Positions 36,384 through 48,920 of a stretch of 64,000 bases of DNA are shown here, piece by piece (position 1 is the first letter of the stretch; every line of letters starts with the position of its first letter). The translations under genes were made by a program, and so were the position numbers. The notes beneath the pieces were generated by a model. That model saw only the letters and a program-made list of their open reading frames with translations. It was not told where the DNA came from and made no database searches. The DNA lies in NCBI GenBank assembly GCA_964016885.1, contig OZ024756.1:16678001-16742000 (forward strand), read 5' to 3'. The DNA comes from Eledone cirrhosa (taxonomy: Eukaryota).

Positions 36384-36547
36384 CAGGACTTCCAAGAGAA
36401 ATTTTGCAAGGCGGTACAAGACTCCTTTGGGGCCCGAAACAGGCAAAGAATTTTTTTCAAAATGGATGTTGCATGCTTGCTGTGGGGCCTTCTTAGCTCT
36501 TGGGCCCAGAAAAAAGTACTAGCTGGACCCCCTTCTCATAATCCCTG
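36384..36547. mobile_element. hAT-type MITE with 8-bp TSD in the presumptive BTB 3' UTR
   Basis: CAGG...CCTG ends. CTCTCCAT is duplicated at 36376-36383 and 36548-36555. Confidence 0.7.
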
Positions 36548-36921
36548 CTCTCCATCCCTTTCTCTCTCTCAAGCAAGGTACACCATTACTACATCAGTCA
36601 ATTTAGATTACATGATCAATTGCTAAGACAGGAGTATCTAATCAAAAAGGCAACAAAAATACAACCCTAGCAACAATAACACCTACAAAATAGAAGATTT
36701 GCAGAGCCATCCAACCCATGCAAGTTTAGATGAACACACATACACATAAAAAAGACAGTAATAGTTTTTGGGGGGGTTTTGTCTCTTATTTTTTCAGAAT
36801 TCTTAGTCTGTTTAATTGTTATGAATGTTTAAAAGATGACATATATATGAGAAATTTGTTTATGAATATAATTTTTGTTTGATGACCTTGTTTATTAATT
36901 AATTTATTCAATAAAGAACAC

Positions 36922-37268
36922 ATAAGGTTCAGAAAGCCGGTATAATGCAATAGAAATATATAAAGGGCAAAGGATGACAAAACAAAACAAAGTAATGTTT
37001 TATCCAGTATATTTCAACATATTTCAGGGCTATTATCCTTTACTCAAACGGCCTATGTGCCTGAAATATATATTTCAGACACATAGGCCAGTTAAGGAAG
37101 AACATACCGATCGTTTGTTTTTGTTTCTAACCATTTCTGCTTGACATTTGAAAATAGGTTGTTAGCCCTGAAATGTTCTGGGTAAAACAATATTTTGTTT
37201 TGTTATATTTGTCATCATTTGCCTTTTATATATTTCTACTGCATTGTATCAGCTTTCTGAAACTTATT
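36922..37268. repeat. Old fold-back element with nested inner palindrome
   Basis: Arms ~36925-37033/37163-37268. Inner GGCCTATGTGCCTGAAATATATATTTCAGACACATAGGCC. Confidence 0.7.
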
Positions 37269-37767
37269 GGTCTTTTATTACATATCTCACAATGCTTCAT
37301 ATCAACTATACTAATTAAATTGTTTGATTTTATGTCTATACAAAAAACAGACAAGATAAAATGTTACCTTATTTACTTCATGGTCCTGACTGCAGTTTCG
37401 TTGTATAAGACCAGCTTTAATATTCCAATAAGTTAGGATATCGTCTGCTTACAGTCATCAGTCTCTCCAGACCTCCCCAATCCAAGAAAATTTCAAGCGA
37501 TCGCTACTCGCGATATTTTCAAAGGGGAAAAATATGTAGTAGGCATATATTTATTTATATTATTGTGGTTCTCTTCAACCCATAAATGCTGCTGCCTCCG
37601 GTTTTAAACTTTGCATGTGGGTTAGATTGTGCATTACCCTATTCACATGCATCGTTATCTTTCAGACAACGATAAACAAAGTTGGCCGACGCTATTAACG
37701 TGAATTCTCGTTAAGTGCAAGGGGAATAACTCTTGCTTAAAATTATAACCTGCTATTAATTAGATTA

Positions 37768-38151
37768 AGGGCCGTGGATTGCCAGTATCGGTAGAGGGTC
37801 GGACGCCATGCTTTGACGCACAGAGTAACGGCCCTTGCCATTCTGAGTTCAAATCCTGCCGAGGTTAACTTTATTTTATCAACCCCGTAAGGATGAAAGG
37901 CAAAGTACCAGTAATACACTGAGTAATTGCTGGCCTTGTGCCAAAAGTTAGAAACAATATTTAAGGGCGGTGGATTGGCAGTATCGGTAGAGGGTCGGAC
38001 GCCATGCTTTGACGCATAGAGTTACGGCTCTTTCCATTCTGAGTTCAAATCCCGCCGAGGTTAACTTTGCCTTTCATCCTTACGGGGTCGATGAAATAAA
38101 GTTCCAGTAATGCACTGGGTAATTGCTGGCCTTGTGCCAAAAGTAGAAACA
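37768..38151 (+). mobile_element. Tandem dimer of Meta-like SINE with shared 13-bp TSD
   Basis: ATTAATTAGATTA at 37755-37767 and 38152-38164. Confidence 0.85.
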
Positions 38152-38274
38152 ATTAATTAGATTATTTTTCTTAACTCAGGGGGAATGACTCATGATAATA
38201 TGGTGTATAAGAGTCAAACGCTAATTATGTGTGTATATGCCTTTATGCGTATCTTCGTTCTCTAAGGTGTTTGT

Positions 38275-38532
38275 GATATTACTGTTATCCAAACAACAAA
38301 AGCGCCTTGATGGTACTTACTTCAACGCATTCAGAATGTAAGCTGACGACATCTGACTTTGAAAGAAATATATGCCGCCTCCCACGCATATCTGTCGTAC
38401 GTAAAAGGAGAGTAAGATTTGCTGGTCACTGCCATCTATGAGGCTGTGTCCCCATTTGTGCTTTGAAAACCACAAGCAGTCACTAATAACGAGGGGCGCA
38501 AGCTCGCCTATCCCGATGTCATCTCCATAGAT
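38275..38532 (+). mobile_element. RTE ORF C-terminal remnant
   Basis: KRLDGTY..RRVRFAGHC..RGRKLAYPDVISID. Confidence 0.65.
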
Positions 38533-38544
38533 TCATTCATCATT

Positions 38545-38822
38545 ATTTCATTTTACGTCCGCTTTTTCCCTGCTTGCAAGGGTGAGACGGGAACTGATTC
38601 TGGCTTGATTTCTACAGCTGGATGCCCTTCCTAACACCAACCTCATTTACAGTGAGTGCTGGGTGCTTTTTTTGCTGTGGCACCTCCACGACCACTTTGT
38701 AGTGGAATGATATAGACCCCAGTCCCTGTCATCTCATTTCTACAGCTGAGTAAACTGGAACAATGTGAAATAAAGTGTCTTGCTCAAGGAAACAACACAT
38801 CACCCGGTCTAGTATTGAAATC
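38545..38822 (-). mobile_element. RTE-tail SINE
   Basis: Family match to 7160-7497. Confidence 0.85.
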
Positions 38823-39299
38823 CAGGACTTGGCAATGAGCGACAGATCCACGTAGAGATCAATTGTTGAGTTGATTCCGGCTGAGGCTGCTGGATGATGA
38901 TTACTGTGATAATGTCATGTGTCAAGGTTTGTATGGGATATGTATTAATATGTGTGCGTTTATATGTGACTCTACGTATCCTCGTATTGTGTTCAAGGTG
39001 GTTGTAGTTTTCTGATTGATATATATACATAAGTTAGTTCCACAACAGTTAGTTAACCATTATCGAGAACATGTTTCACATTGTAGACCATCACATTCGA
39101 CTGAATATGGTTTATAGCCGAAATATCATCATCATCATTATATATAAGCATCTGGGATGGTAGGCCCCACCATAAGCATTCACATTGTAAACCAAGTAAT
39201 ACAAAATGGTGCTATATACCCAATGCCTAGCGTTGCAGCATCATTGTCAATTGCTAAATTGGCAAAGGTGATGCACATGACAGAGGAAACTACAGATAC

Positions 39300-40955
39300 A
39301 TCAAATTGATGGACTAGGTCGTGAAAGTTACAGAAATAGTCATTGTACAACTGATTAGGGATTGAATTAAGCTAAATGAGATATAGTTCTGATTTGTACC
39401 AGGTAAAATTACCACAGATGCTCTCTTCCTTGTGAGGCAACTGCAGCAGAAGTACCTAGCAAAAAGTGAACGACTAATTCGCATTTGGTGACCTGGTGAA
39501 AGATTTTGACAAGGTCCACCGTTCTGTAATTTGGTGGTTACTTAGGAAACTAGGAATGCAGTCAACATGGTTCGAATTGATAATGAATATAGTGTGGAGT
39601 TTAGTGTGCAAGTTGGGGTCCACCAAAGCTCCGTCCTTAGCCCTCAACTGTTTATTATTGTCCTCCAGGCTATAAAGGGTTTAAAACAGGATGCTCTTGG
39701 GAAGTCCTGTATGCTGATGATCTAATGCTCATAGCTGAATCTATGACAGAACTTGAGAAAAAAATTCCTGACCTGGAATCAAAAGGTCTTAAATCAACTT
39801 GGCAAAGACCAAAGTTCTAATAAATAGTAAGGAAAACAAGGTCCTGGTCCCTTTTGAGAAATGGCCCTGCTCTATCCCAAATGCAAACTATCACTGTACA
39901 AGAGATGTAGCAGAATCACAGGTAGGCTAGCAAATAATGTAGGTTTTACATGAGGCCATTGTACAGGAGTAGTAAGCAGCAAACGCTCACAGGAAACAAG
40001 CTCTATCAAATTCTTAGAGGGTACTGTAGAGGCAGTTGACAATTTCTGTTATCTAGGTGACCAAATTAGTAGTGGAGGTGGGTGTTCCGAAAGTAGAGTA
40101 GCCAGATTGAGGATGGGATGTAAAAAATTCAAGGAGCTACTACCAAACCTAGCTTGAAAAGACTGAATCTATGGCTGAACTAAAGAAGAAATTCCAAACA
40201 TGGAAGCATGGCCTAGAATCAAAAAGTCTTAAAGTTAACTTGTCTAAGACTAAAGTTCTAGTATGTAGAAAAGAGAATAGGGCACAGGTGCCCTCTGGGA
40301 AATGGCCATGCTCAGTGTGTAAAAAGAGAGTAGGTAGATATTCCATTCTATGCCCCAAATGCAAACTATGGGTACATAAAAGATGTGGGATCATAGGTAA
40401 GCTATCTTAGAATGTAGATTTTATATGTGGCCAATACTCAGGTGCAGTAAGTAACAAGAACCTGGGTGATAAAATCAGCAGTGGAGGAGGGTGCTCTGAA
40501 AGTACAGTAGCCAGAGTCAGAACGGGATGGAGAAAGTTCAGAGAGCTAATACTGCTGTTGGACACAAAGGGCTTTTCTCTAAAAATGAAAGGCAATATTA
40601 CATGGCAGTGAGACCTGGGCATTGTGTGCAGAGGACCTGCGCAAATTGGAAAGAAAAAAAGCTTGCATGCTCTGATGGATGTGTAATAGTAATGTACATG
40701 AATGGCAAAGCATAAACAAATTGAGAGAGAGACTAAGCATAAGAGGTATCAAATGTGTGCAGGAGAGGAGATTGCATTGGTATGGACATATGTGTATGAA
40801 GGACAACAGCTGTATAAAAAAGTGCAGAGCGATCAAAATCAATGGAAGCTATGGAGTAGGTAGACCAAGAAAAACCTGGGGTGAGGTGATAAAAACTGAC
40901 CTTGCTCACTTACACCTCTCTAAAACAATGTCACTGGATCGAGATCTTTGGTAAT
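39300..40955 (+). mobile_element. Two overlapping decayed RTE LINE pieces (RT, Cys/His finger, C-terminus)
   Basis: FVPG..TTDALFLVRQLQQKY, GVHQ.SVLSP.LF, LYADDL, KWPCSVCKK..CPKCKLWVHKRC, RRLHWYGH, GRPRKTW. The segment after YADD is repeated at 39730 and 40160. Confidence 0.85.
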
Positions 40956-40964
40956 ATACAGTTA

Positions 40965-43205
40965 TACAGCAGCTGAGTTTGTTCTCATTTCTTCTATGGC
41001 GGATATTACATCTTCCTCCGTTATGTCTATGTGATTGATGGTCACCACTTTTTTGTGAAGTGTTGTGGCATCAAAGAATTCCTCTGACTTTGTTATTTGC
41101 ATGTGCCTCATTGGGTGTGTGAAAACACATTTGTACTGTTCATTCAGTATTTCACTTATCCCTTGAGGATGCTCAGTCAATGAGCCATTTTTATGGAAAA
41201 GTGGCCCAATCTTGCAGAGTACCGAGTCAGTTTGTTTTGCAAATTCAAAGAAGGCTTTAGGGTTTGTTTTAATATTTTCTATGGCTCTGGCTTCTCTTTC
41301 TGCCCTCTCCTCATGGGAAAGTTTGAGTGCAGTTTCAATTTCAAACAGTACCTGTTTCAGATAGGGTTCCTTCCTGTTTTTCTGTTGTGCATTTTTCGTC
41401 TCATAAGGATTTTTCTGTCTCTGTTGGCCTTTTTTTCTGGGACAAATTTAAGACACATGGTTTGTATTGTTGTCATGAAATGTTGAAATTGTGTAGTGTA
41501 GCTCCAGTTTTGCTTCAAGATCTTTTTCCAGTTAGCCTTGTGAAAGTTTAGGCTGGATAAATTCCCAGTGCTTCCTAATGGTTGCATCTCTACTGACTTC
41601 CTCAGACCATATATCATTAGTTCCGCTATGTTATGATCCGAGAAAATCGCTGGTGTCACCTTAACATTGTCGATGAGCACTGCGTTATTTGTAAAGCTGA
41701 GATCCAGGACATTCTCGCCTCTTGTTGGGTAGAGTACTACTTTTTCCATGAACAGCTTGTTTGTGAGGTCCAGCAGGGATTCTGTCTATCTCTGATCAAG
41801 GGTTGTCATTCCTAGGAGGAGGTGGCCCTCAGGCCATTTGACCTTCGATAGGTTAAAGTCTCCCGGCAGCAGAATGTTGAGACTCTGGTCCAGTTTGTCA
41901 ATGACTTCTTCCATCCTTCTAAGGCTATCTTCAAACTTACTTTCATGAGTAGGGACTTCTACTGGCTTATATGTGACATATCATTTTCAGTTGCTTCATA
42001 TGTACTATCAGTGTGTCACAGACTGAGTTTGAAGTCAACAGTACAATAGGTGTGACATCTTCATGGATATACAAGGCAACTCCACCATGTGTTCTGTCTC
42101 TCCTGTCTGAACGAAATATAGTACACTTTGGTATGTGTATTTCCGCATCTGCTCTACTGCTTGTCAGGTGCGTTCAGTTAGCCATAAGCAATCTAGCAAT
42201 ATGCATGGCACTAAGTCTTTCAGGTAGGGAATTTTACTCATGTTGGTGAGTTTCACCAGGCCTCTGACATTCAACAGCAACACTCGTGTGACATTTGGGG
42301 TGTCAGCAATGGCTGTCGGTGTGGCACCTGGGCTGGTGTCAGCAGCAGCCACCCTGGGTCCCTTGACTGTGGTGGTATTGAGTACTGGTGTGAGTGACCT
42401 CGGCTCTGAAAACGATGTAGCCAGGTCAGTGGTTCCACAATTCTGTCTGGCATTTCTAAAAAAGACTTTTGCTCTGCTGCCGCTGTCTGCATTGAATCTG
42501 TATATGCTTGCCTTCTCTTTGTTGGGGTGATGTGCGCAACATCAGCATACCTTTGGTGCAGTGGCCCTATGTGCTGTGTCATATGTTTATATTGGTTCTA
42601 GATTTGGCTGGGGTATTTTGGATGAGTAGGTTGGGTGTAGCTCACCTGGGGCCTGAATGAACGAACCTGCAGCATGTCCTTGTTTCTTCATGTCAGCAGG
42701 TCCTATTTCTGAAGAACTTGCAGGTTACCTGGATTTTCTTTCTCCCAGGGTCTCAGCGCTTTTTGTTCTTCCCTTGGACAGTTGTCCACTGGTCCCTTTC
42801 TGCTTGGATTCTTTTTTTTCAGTTGGTGGTTCCTCGTTTCACCATTACCACATTCTTGTTAGCTCAGCCTGCCTTCACTGACTGTGGCATCAGTCATCTC
42901 ATTTGCAGTTGCTCTCAGCTCCTTCTGTGTCTCTGAAGACCCTTTGTTTATTTTTTTCTTCTTCCTACTTGAGGACGTAGCTTAGCAAAGCCATGTGTGG
43001 CGCTATGAAGGCATAGGCCATCTCAATTTCTTTCCTTTTCCTCTCTATTTGCACCAAAGTCCTCAGAAAGCCATGGCTCTTCAAGGTCTCTGCAATTATT
43101 TTGGTTGGCAGCAACCTATCAGCCAGGCTCCAGCCTTTGATCATTACTTCCAGTTCTCCAATTCCATTGGCTTCTATTTCCATTAATCGTATTTGCATTT
43201 CCTCC
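40965..43205 (-). mobile_element. Decayed CR1-like LINE (ORF1 remnant + ORF2 endonuclease/linker; RT missing)
   Basis: LLLNVRGL, HGGVALYI, GDFNL..W, PTRGENVLDL.FTN, SDHN, EILNEQYKCVFT, ITEEDV..AI. Confidence 0.8.
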
Positions 43206-43329
43206 AGCGGATTTAGTAAGAGTGATGAGGAACGTGTAATCCTAAAGAATTAGAGAGATACATACAACACTTCATCCACTGGCTACAATCAGAGAGACAA
43301 GATCAGGGTATATAAAGGAGCCAGGATCA

Positions 43330-43960
43330 AATGGGCAAAGATTGTAGAACATGCTGCAAATGGAACTTGCCCCATTAGAGATAGGAACACATTTTGGAAT
43401 AGAATAGAAAGGATTAAGAAAAAGACCAATATGGTATGATAAAGACCTATCATGGTATGATAGCAATAAATACCAGAATGTAATGTTCGTCAATGCAACT
43501 TCCAGAGGTGAACTAGCTTAAAGATGTAGAAGGGCTCTAGACAAACTAAAATTAAATATTAAGATAGTTGAAAGACCGGGTATTTCCATAAAAACCTTAA
43601 TTCGTAAAACATATCCATTTCAAAGAGCCCCCTGCACTGATAGGAAATGCATAGTCTGCAAGTCAAGCCCACAAACTAACTGCAAAACTAGGAACGTAGT
43701 ATATAGCATAAGATGTACTGCGGGACAGTGTAGGAATAAGAACATAACATACATGGGTGAAACAGCCCGTAGCATTTGAGAAAGAATAAATGAACACTAG
43801 CGTGAACTCCAAGATGGGAAAAACTCACCAGTACTCCACCAACATGCCAAAATAGAACATAGAGATAAAAATTATATCCACACACAGAAAAGACGCAATG
43901 CTTAACATAAACGAACTCCAACCAAAATTAAACAGAAAATATGAGTGGAATAGCAACATC
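43330..43960 (+). mobile_element. Penelope-like element GIY-YIG endonuclease remnant
   Basis: VMFVNATSRGELA..IKIVERPG..PCTDRKCIVC..CKTRNVVYSIRC..YMGETARSI*ERINEH. Confidence 0.8.
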
Positions 43961-45036
43961 ATCACAACTAGTAATTAAGGACAAAATGAAGACATACAGA
44001 GACAAATCAAACTAACAAAACAAACCACCAACTAATGACAAATAAATAAACACATAGATAAATAAATAAACACACACACGGATGTACCACATGAGCAAAC
44101 CAAGCACGCAGCATACAACACAAAAACAAGATGGTGTAGGACAGAACAAAGGAGAGACACAAAATAAAAAAAAAGTCACTGAGGAAGTTACAGAATGTAT
44201 AATGAAAGGGCTTTGACAATATATAAACAACCATCGGGTTATCGAACAAACCAGCCAACCGGATATTTATAATAAATTGTAGTAAAAAAAACAGGTGTAT
44301 GTGTTTTTATTGGCAGCATGACCCTCCCAAAGTATAACAATATCTGTTTCAACACACGCTTTCAGATAAGAAATCTTGCAAAACAAATTATGATTATACA
44401 GATAAACGTGCGTCAGCTCTTGTTTACAAAACGCTTATGTCTAAGAGTGGGATAAGACAAATGCTAATTGAATTTAATATATATAACATACATATCGTAT
44501 ATTTAATAATAATATCAATAAATAAAAACGAAAAACAATGCATATATTTAATATATATACTTAACATGTATAGCTAACTAAATTCATCTGAGAGACTGCA
44601 CGTGTCTCCTCAAACAATCAAACATCAAAAGAAGTCGAAATAATTCGTTTTAACTCGATAAATAATAAAAATAACCACTCAGAAAAATAGTCACTTATCT
44701 TTTACAGAAAATCAAGGCTAAAATTGAAAACGATGTTCAAATAATTTTCAGTTGTTTTTAAGATTACAGAGAGCACAGCTAACGCGTCCAGCCTGTGTAT
44801 ATTATATGACCATATTATAAAGAGTCGGGATCAGACGGCTGAGCTCTTGCCTTTTGAACACCACACATATACATATATATATATAAACCAAAGATTAGTA
44901 TGGTTCGTTGACTACTCAACGAATACAATTTTACAATAGATTAGAAGCACTCAACAATAAAGTTTTCCTGGAGTTTTTAATATTATTCAAAATGTTAACA
45001 AATGAAAAATATTCTCATAATCAAAATATATACTTT

Positions 45037-45208
45037 CGGTAGTGGGTCGGACGCCATGCTTTATAGCAAAGAGTTACGGCCCTTTATGTTCTGTGTTCAA
45101 ATCCCGCCGATGTTAATTTTGCCTTTCATCCTTACGGGGGTCGATAAAATAAAGTACCAGTAATACACTGGAATAATTGCTGACCTTGTGCCAAAAGTAG
45201 AAACAATA
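45037..45208 (+). mobile_element. Meta-like SINE, slightly 5'-truncated
   Basis: B box and Meta-like domain. Confidence 0.8.
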
Positions 45209-45262
45209 TTATATATATTTCAAAAAACAACACAGTACCTTTGAAATATATATAATAAAGTA

Positions 45263-45750
45263 CATGTAGTAAAGTTATATTTAAAATTGTTGGGTTACAA
45301 CTAGTAAATATTTATAACTGATATAAAAGCACTCGACAAATACTTGGAGTATATTTACAATATTAAATAAATGGAAAACTATATTTATAAAACCATATTT
45401 ATTTCATTATATATATTTCGGGGATATCATATTAACAATATGCTATGCCTTCATCAGACAAAATACAATATAAACAGTTTTATAGATAAATATATTCGAC
45501 ATACCGTAATAAACATCAACTTCATTTGAAGAGGTTCACTCTAGCAGTGAAAATTTTCACTGCTAGAGTGAACCTCTTCAAATGAAGTTGATGTTTATTA
45601 CGGTATGTCGAATATATTTATCTATAAAACTGTTTATATTGTATTTTGTCTGATGAAGGCATAGCATATTGTTAATATGATATCCCCGAAATATATATAA
45701 TGAAATAAATATGGTTTTATAAATATAGTTTTCCATTTATTTAATATTGT
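45263..45750. mobile_element. Loop-less 394-bp palindrome (45357-45750) with two hammerhead copies plus tail
   Basis: Centre GTGAAAA|TTTTCAC at 45553/45554. CTGATGA at 45650, GAAA at 45688. TATAATAAAGTA is duplicated at 45251 and 45750. Confidence 0.85.
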
Positions 45751-45840
45751 ATAATAAAGTATATATTTTGATTATGAGAATATTTTTCATTTGTTAACAT
45801 TTAAAAAAAAAAATAATAAAAAAAAAAAATATATATATAT

Positions 45841-46914
45841 ACTAGTTGAGCTACCCGGTGATTCCTGGGTATTTTATTAAAGTTACAATATTTGATAATT
45901 GAAATATGAAATATGATTGCTGAATTTTAACTAAAGTAGGAATTTTACCAAAATATTTATTGTCATTTGTTTAAAGCAAATCATGTAGATAAAAATATTA
46001 TTAGTTTTGTCCAGTTGTGATTTTTTAAATACTGCTCCCTATTACAGTAAGCATATATAATACTTCGCACTTGGAAGAATCATTAGGTATGTTGTCAGTG
46101 AAAAGGCCATGACCAAAAAAATAAATTTAGATTTTATTTATCCTTTTTTTTTTCACAATCAGAACCTCTGAAATTCAAACAAAATATGAAAGCTATTTCA
46201 AAAAGCATAAATAAAATAAAATAAAATAAAATAAAAAATTTACTATTTTTAAATGAATGACGAATTTACTTACTCATTTCTGTAATTCAGGAAAGTTTAT
46301 TTAAATGTGTATAAGTGTGGTAAATATATACATATACACCAGGAACCAAACTCCCACTGTCACTGCCTCCATCTCTCCCGATCTCCCCATCACTCACTAT
46401 TATGAGCAAATGGGGGCCCACATGCTGGCCGCCCAGCAGCCCAGGCGGTCGGAATAGAGGATGGTGAGGGAGACGTGTTGGAAAATCCATTCTGGCTTGC
46501 GAGGCTCACCCCTGTGGGTAGCCAACTCTGTGCCAATAGTGGTGAGTTGGGAGGTAGCCCTAGAGTCAAGGACACCAGAAGTCTCCATTGCTATGGGCTC
46601 AACAAGAAACCTGTCGGAGAGCGACCGATATTTGGAGAGTTTACGCTCCTTGGCCCAAAGTGTGGTAGAGCCTGGATTAATTAAAATTTTTGCACTGTAG
46701 CTTTCACCAACTTTTACCTCTATGGCAGTAGGATCTTGTTTGAGGGAGATTTGTTTTCTATTTCTTTTAGGTACACCAACAGTTATAGTGGCTTCCATGA
46801 CATACATACACACACATGCATGTGTGTGTAAGACTGTTCGCTGTGATTTGAAATGGATTTTGCTAATATTTCTAGTAGATCGAGGTGTCACATACAACTT
46901 TTCCTTTTTGCTTC

Positions 46915-46945
<31 letters not shown>

Positions 46946-47447
46946 AGACAGTAGACTGGTATATATATATGTCTCTAACTTAAGTACGGTGATAAACACA
47001 CACATACACTTGTCTCTCTAATTTAAGAACGCTGAGACACACACACACACACAGTCCCATTATGACTTTTGTGAAAGAGAGAGAAAGAGAAGTAATGTTA
47101 CGAAAGGCGTTAGTTAAGCATTTAAAAAATAAATAAATAAAAGTTAGTTATCAAACTATGCTATCATTTTTCTGTTTTCTTTCTCATCTCCCCTCTCTCT
47201 ACAGAATGAAGAACAAAAAACCAAATAAGTTGTTGCCTCATTTTGGAGGACTGAGTTGTGGGAGGAGGAAGGGTTTAATGTCCCCAGGGGTTCCATTATT
47301 GAATTATTGATTTTTATTGAAATCCAATTAGCCAGTCGTATTTCTGAATATTAGCTTAACATGTGTGTAAGGTTTCATCAGGATTGAATCACTGGTTTAG
47401 ACGCCAACTGGTTACACACAGACAGACAGAAATTGCCATTTATATAG

Positions 47448-47450
<3 letters not shown>
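45841..47450 (-). mobile_element. Non-autonomous Helitron-like element
   Basis: Minus-strand 3' end: hairpin TACCCAGG-AATCA-CCGGGTA, then GCTCAA-CTAG-T. Far end TATACTATATAAATGGCAATTTCTGTCTGTCTG resembles Lep1-type 5' ends. Confidence 0.55.
46350..46680 (-). mobile_element. CRE-clade 3' fragment
   Basis: KLSKYRSLSDRFLVEPIAMETSGVL..GEPRKPEWIFQHVSLTIL; 3' UTR shared with 1180-1262. Confidence 0.7.
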
Positions 47451-47478
<28 letters not shown>

Positions 47479-47484
47479 ATAATA

Positions 47485-47750
47485 ATGATAGTGAGGAAAA
47501 TCAAAGTTGCAGCTAACGCAGCATCTCTCGAAAGAACAATCCTCAGAGCTGGCACAAGCACTTGATGAGATGATATCGATAAATCGATAAATTAAATCTT
47601 AGAGTAATAAATATATGTTGGTTAATACGAATCTGGACCTAGTTGATAGATATAAAATATCTTCGATTGGTTTCTGTGAATCCTAAATCAACAATCCAAA
47701 TTACACAATATGCAAGTATGTACTGTGTCAAGATCAAACACGGAAACACT
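47485..47750 (-). mobile_element. Degenerate PLE-end-like insert
   Basis: Homologous to 1640-2215; AAGTGCTT box on -. Confidence 0.45.
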
Positions 47751-47959
47751 TTATATATATATATTGTTATACTTTAGGAAGATCATGCTGCTAACAAAAA
47801 CACACGCACCTGTTAGTTTTCCCTTCAATTTATTATAAATTTTCGGTTGGTTGGTTCAATAACCAGATGGTTGTTTATATATTGTCAAAACTGTTTTGTC
47901 ACACACACACATATGTATATATATTTATCTATTTACGTCAATTTGTTTTTAGTAATTCT

Positions 47960-48920
47960 GCCTTTGAGAGAGTTAGAAAACATGTATAAATTTTTTAAAA
48001 ACTATAACCTAGCTATAACGATGAACAAATAATACAAAGGTAATTAATTTCTTGGATGTTAATTTAAATACTGAACACTTTAGACCCTATCATAAACTTG
48101 ATGAATTTTTATATTACGTGCATAAAAATTTGAATCACCCCAAATCTATTCTTAATAACGTATCAGGTAGAATTTCTAACCCTTCAGCCAAATTAGATAT
48201 ATTCACCCAAAATGCTAAATGCTTTAATAAAGCTCTTACGGGATCAGGGTATAATGAGGAAATACAATTCAACCCTACCTTTAAGTTAGCTAATAGGATT
48301 TTTACACATAAATGTATTTCTAAGTTTAGTTATAATAATGTTAATATAAACAGAAAACTTATTAATAAAAATAAAAATACCCTCAAAACTAGTAGAAATA
48401 ATAAAATTAATAATAATAATTGTTTCTATTTTAGGCACAATGCCAGCAATGTGAAGGGGAAAGTCGATTAAATCGACCCCAGTACATTACTGGTGCTTTA
48501 CTTTATTGACTCCGTAAGGATGAAAGGCAAAGCTAACCTCGGCTGTATTTGAACTCAGAATGCAAAGGGTCATAACTCTATGCTGCAAAGCATAGTGTCT
48601 GATGCTCTACTGATACTGTCAATCCACCACCCAATTAATAATAATAATATCAATCCACTGGTAAATGTCTCATCAGTTAAAGGTTTAGTAAATCAAGGAA
48701 GACTAGACGGAGAAAATGAATATGGTTTAATCCTCAATATGGAGTGCAAATAGCATCCCATATGCAAAAAATATTTTTTAGCATTTTAGAAAAAGATTTC
48801 CCCAAGACCATAAGTACTATAGTATAATAAAGAAAAATACTGTTAAATTATCATTCTCCACCACACCTAATTTAGCTCAATATTTGGCTTTGAATAACAA
48901 TAAGAAATTAAACTTATATA
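47960..48920 (+). mobile_element. Penelope-like RT C-terminus/linker remnant (Naiad/Neptune-type), split by a SINE
   Basis: INFLDVNLN..RPYHK..YVHKNLNHPKSIL..RISN.S..IF..ALTGSGY; IWFNPQY; FPQDHKYYSIIKKNTVKLSFSTTPNL. Confidence 0.8.
48418..48632 (-). mobile_element. Meta-like SINE
   Basis: Family match; flanked by AATTAATAATAATAAT on both sides. Confidence 0.8.

Larger units (their letters stand above)
44885..45801. mobile_element. Outer fold-back insert hosting a SINE and a second fold-back insert
   Basis: AAATGTTAACAAATGAAAAATATTCTCATAATCAAAATATATACTTT is inverted at 45757-45801. Centre near 45230. GAGTGCTT tail on -. Confidence 0.7.

Noticed and set aside
27636-37732. Recurring AGGGG(A)GATAACTCT motif at ~27637, 34316 and 37720
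   Set aside because: Too short, and flanks are not alignable by eye; probably old MITE debris.
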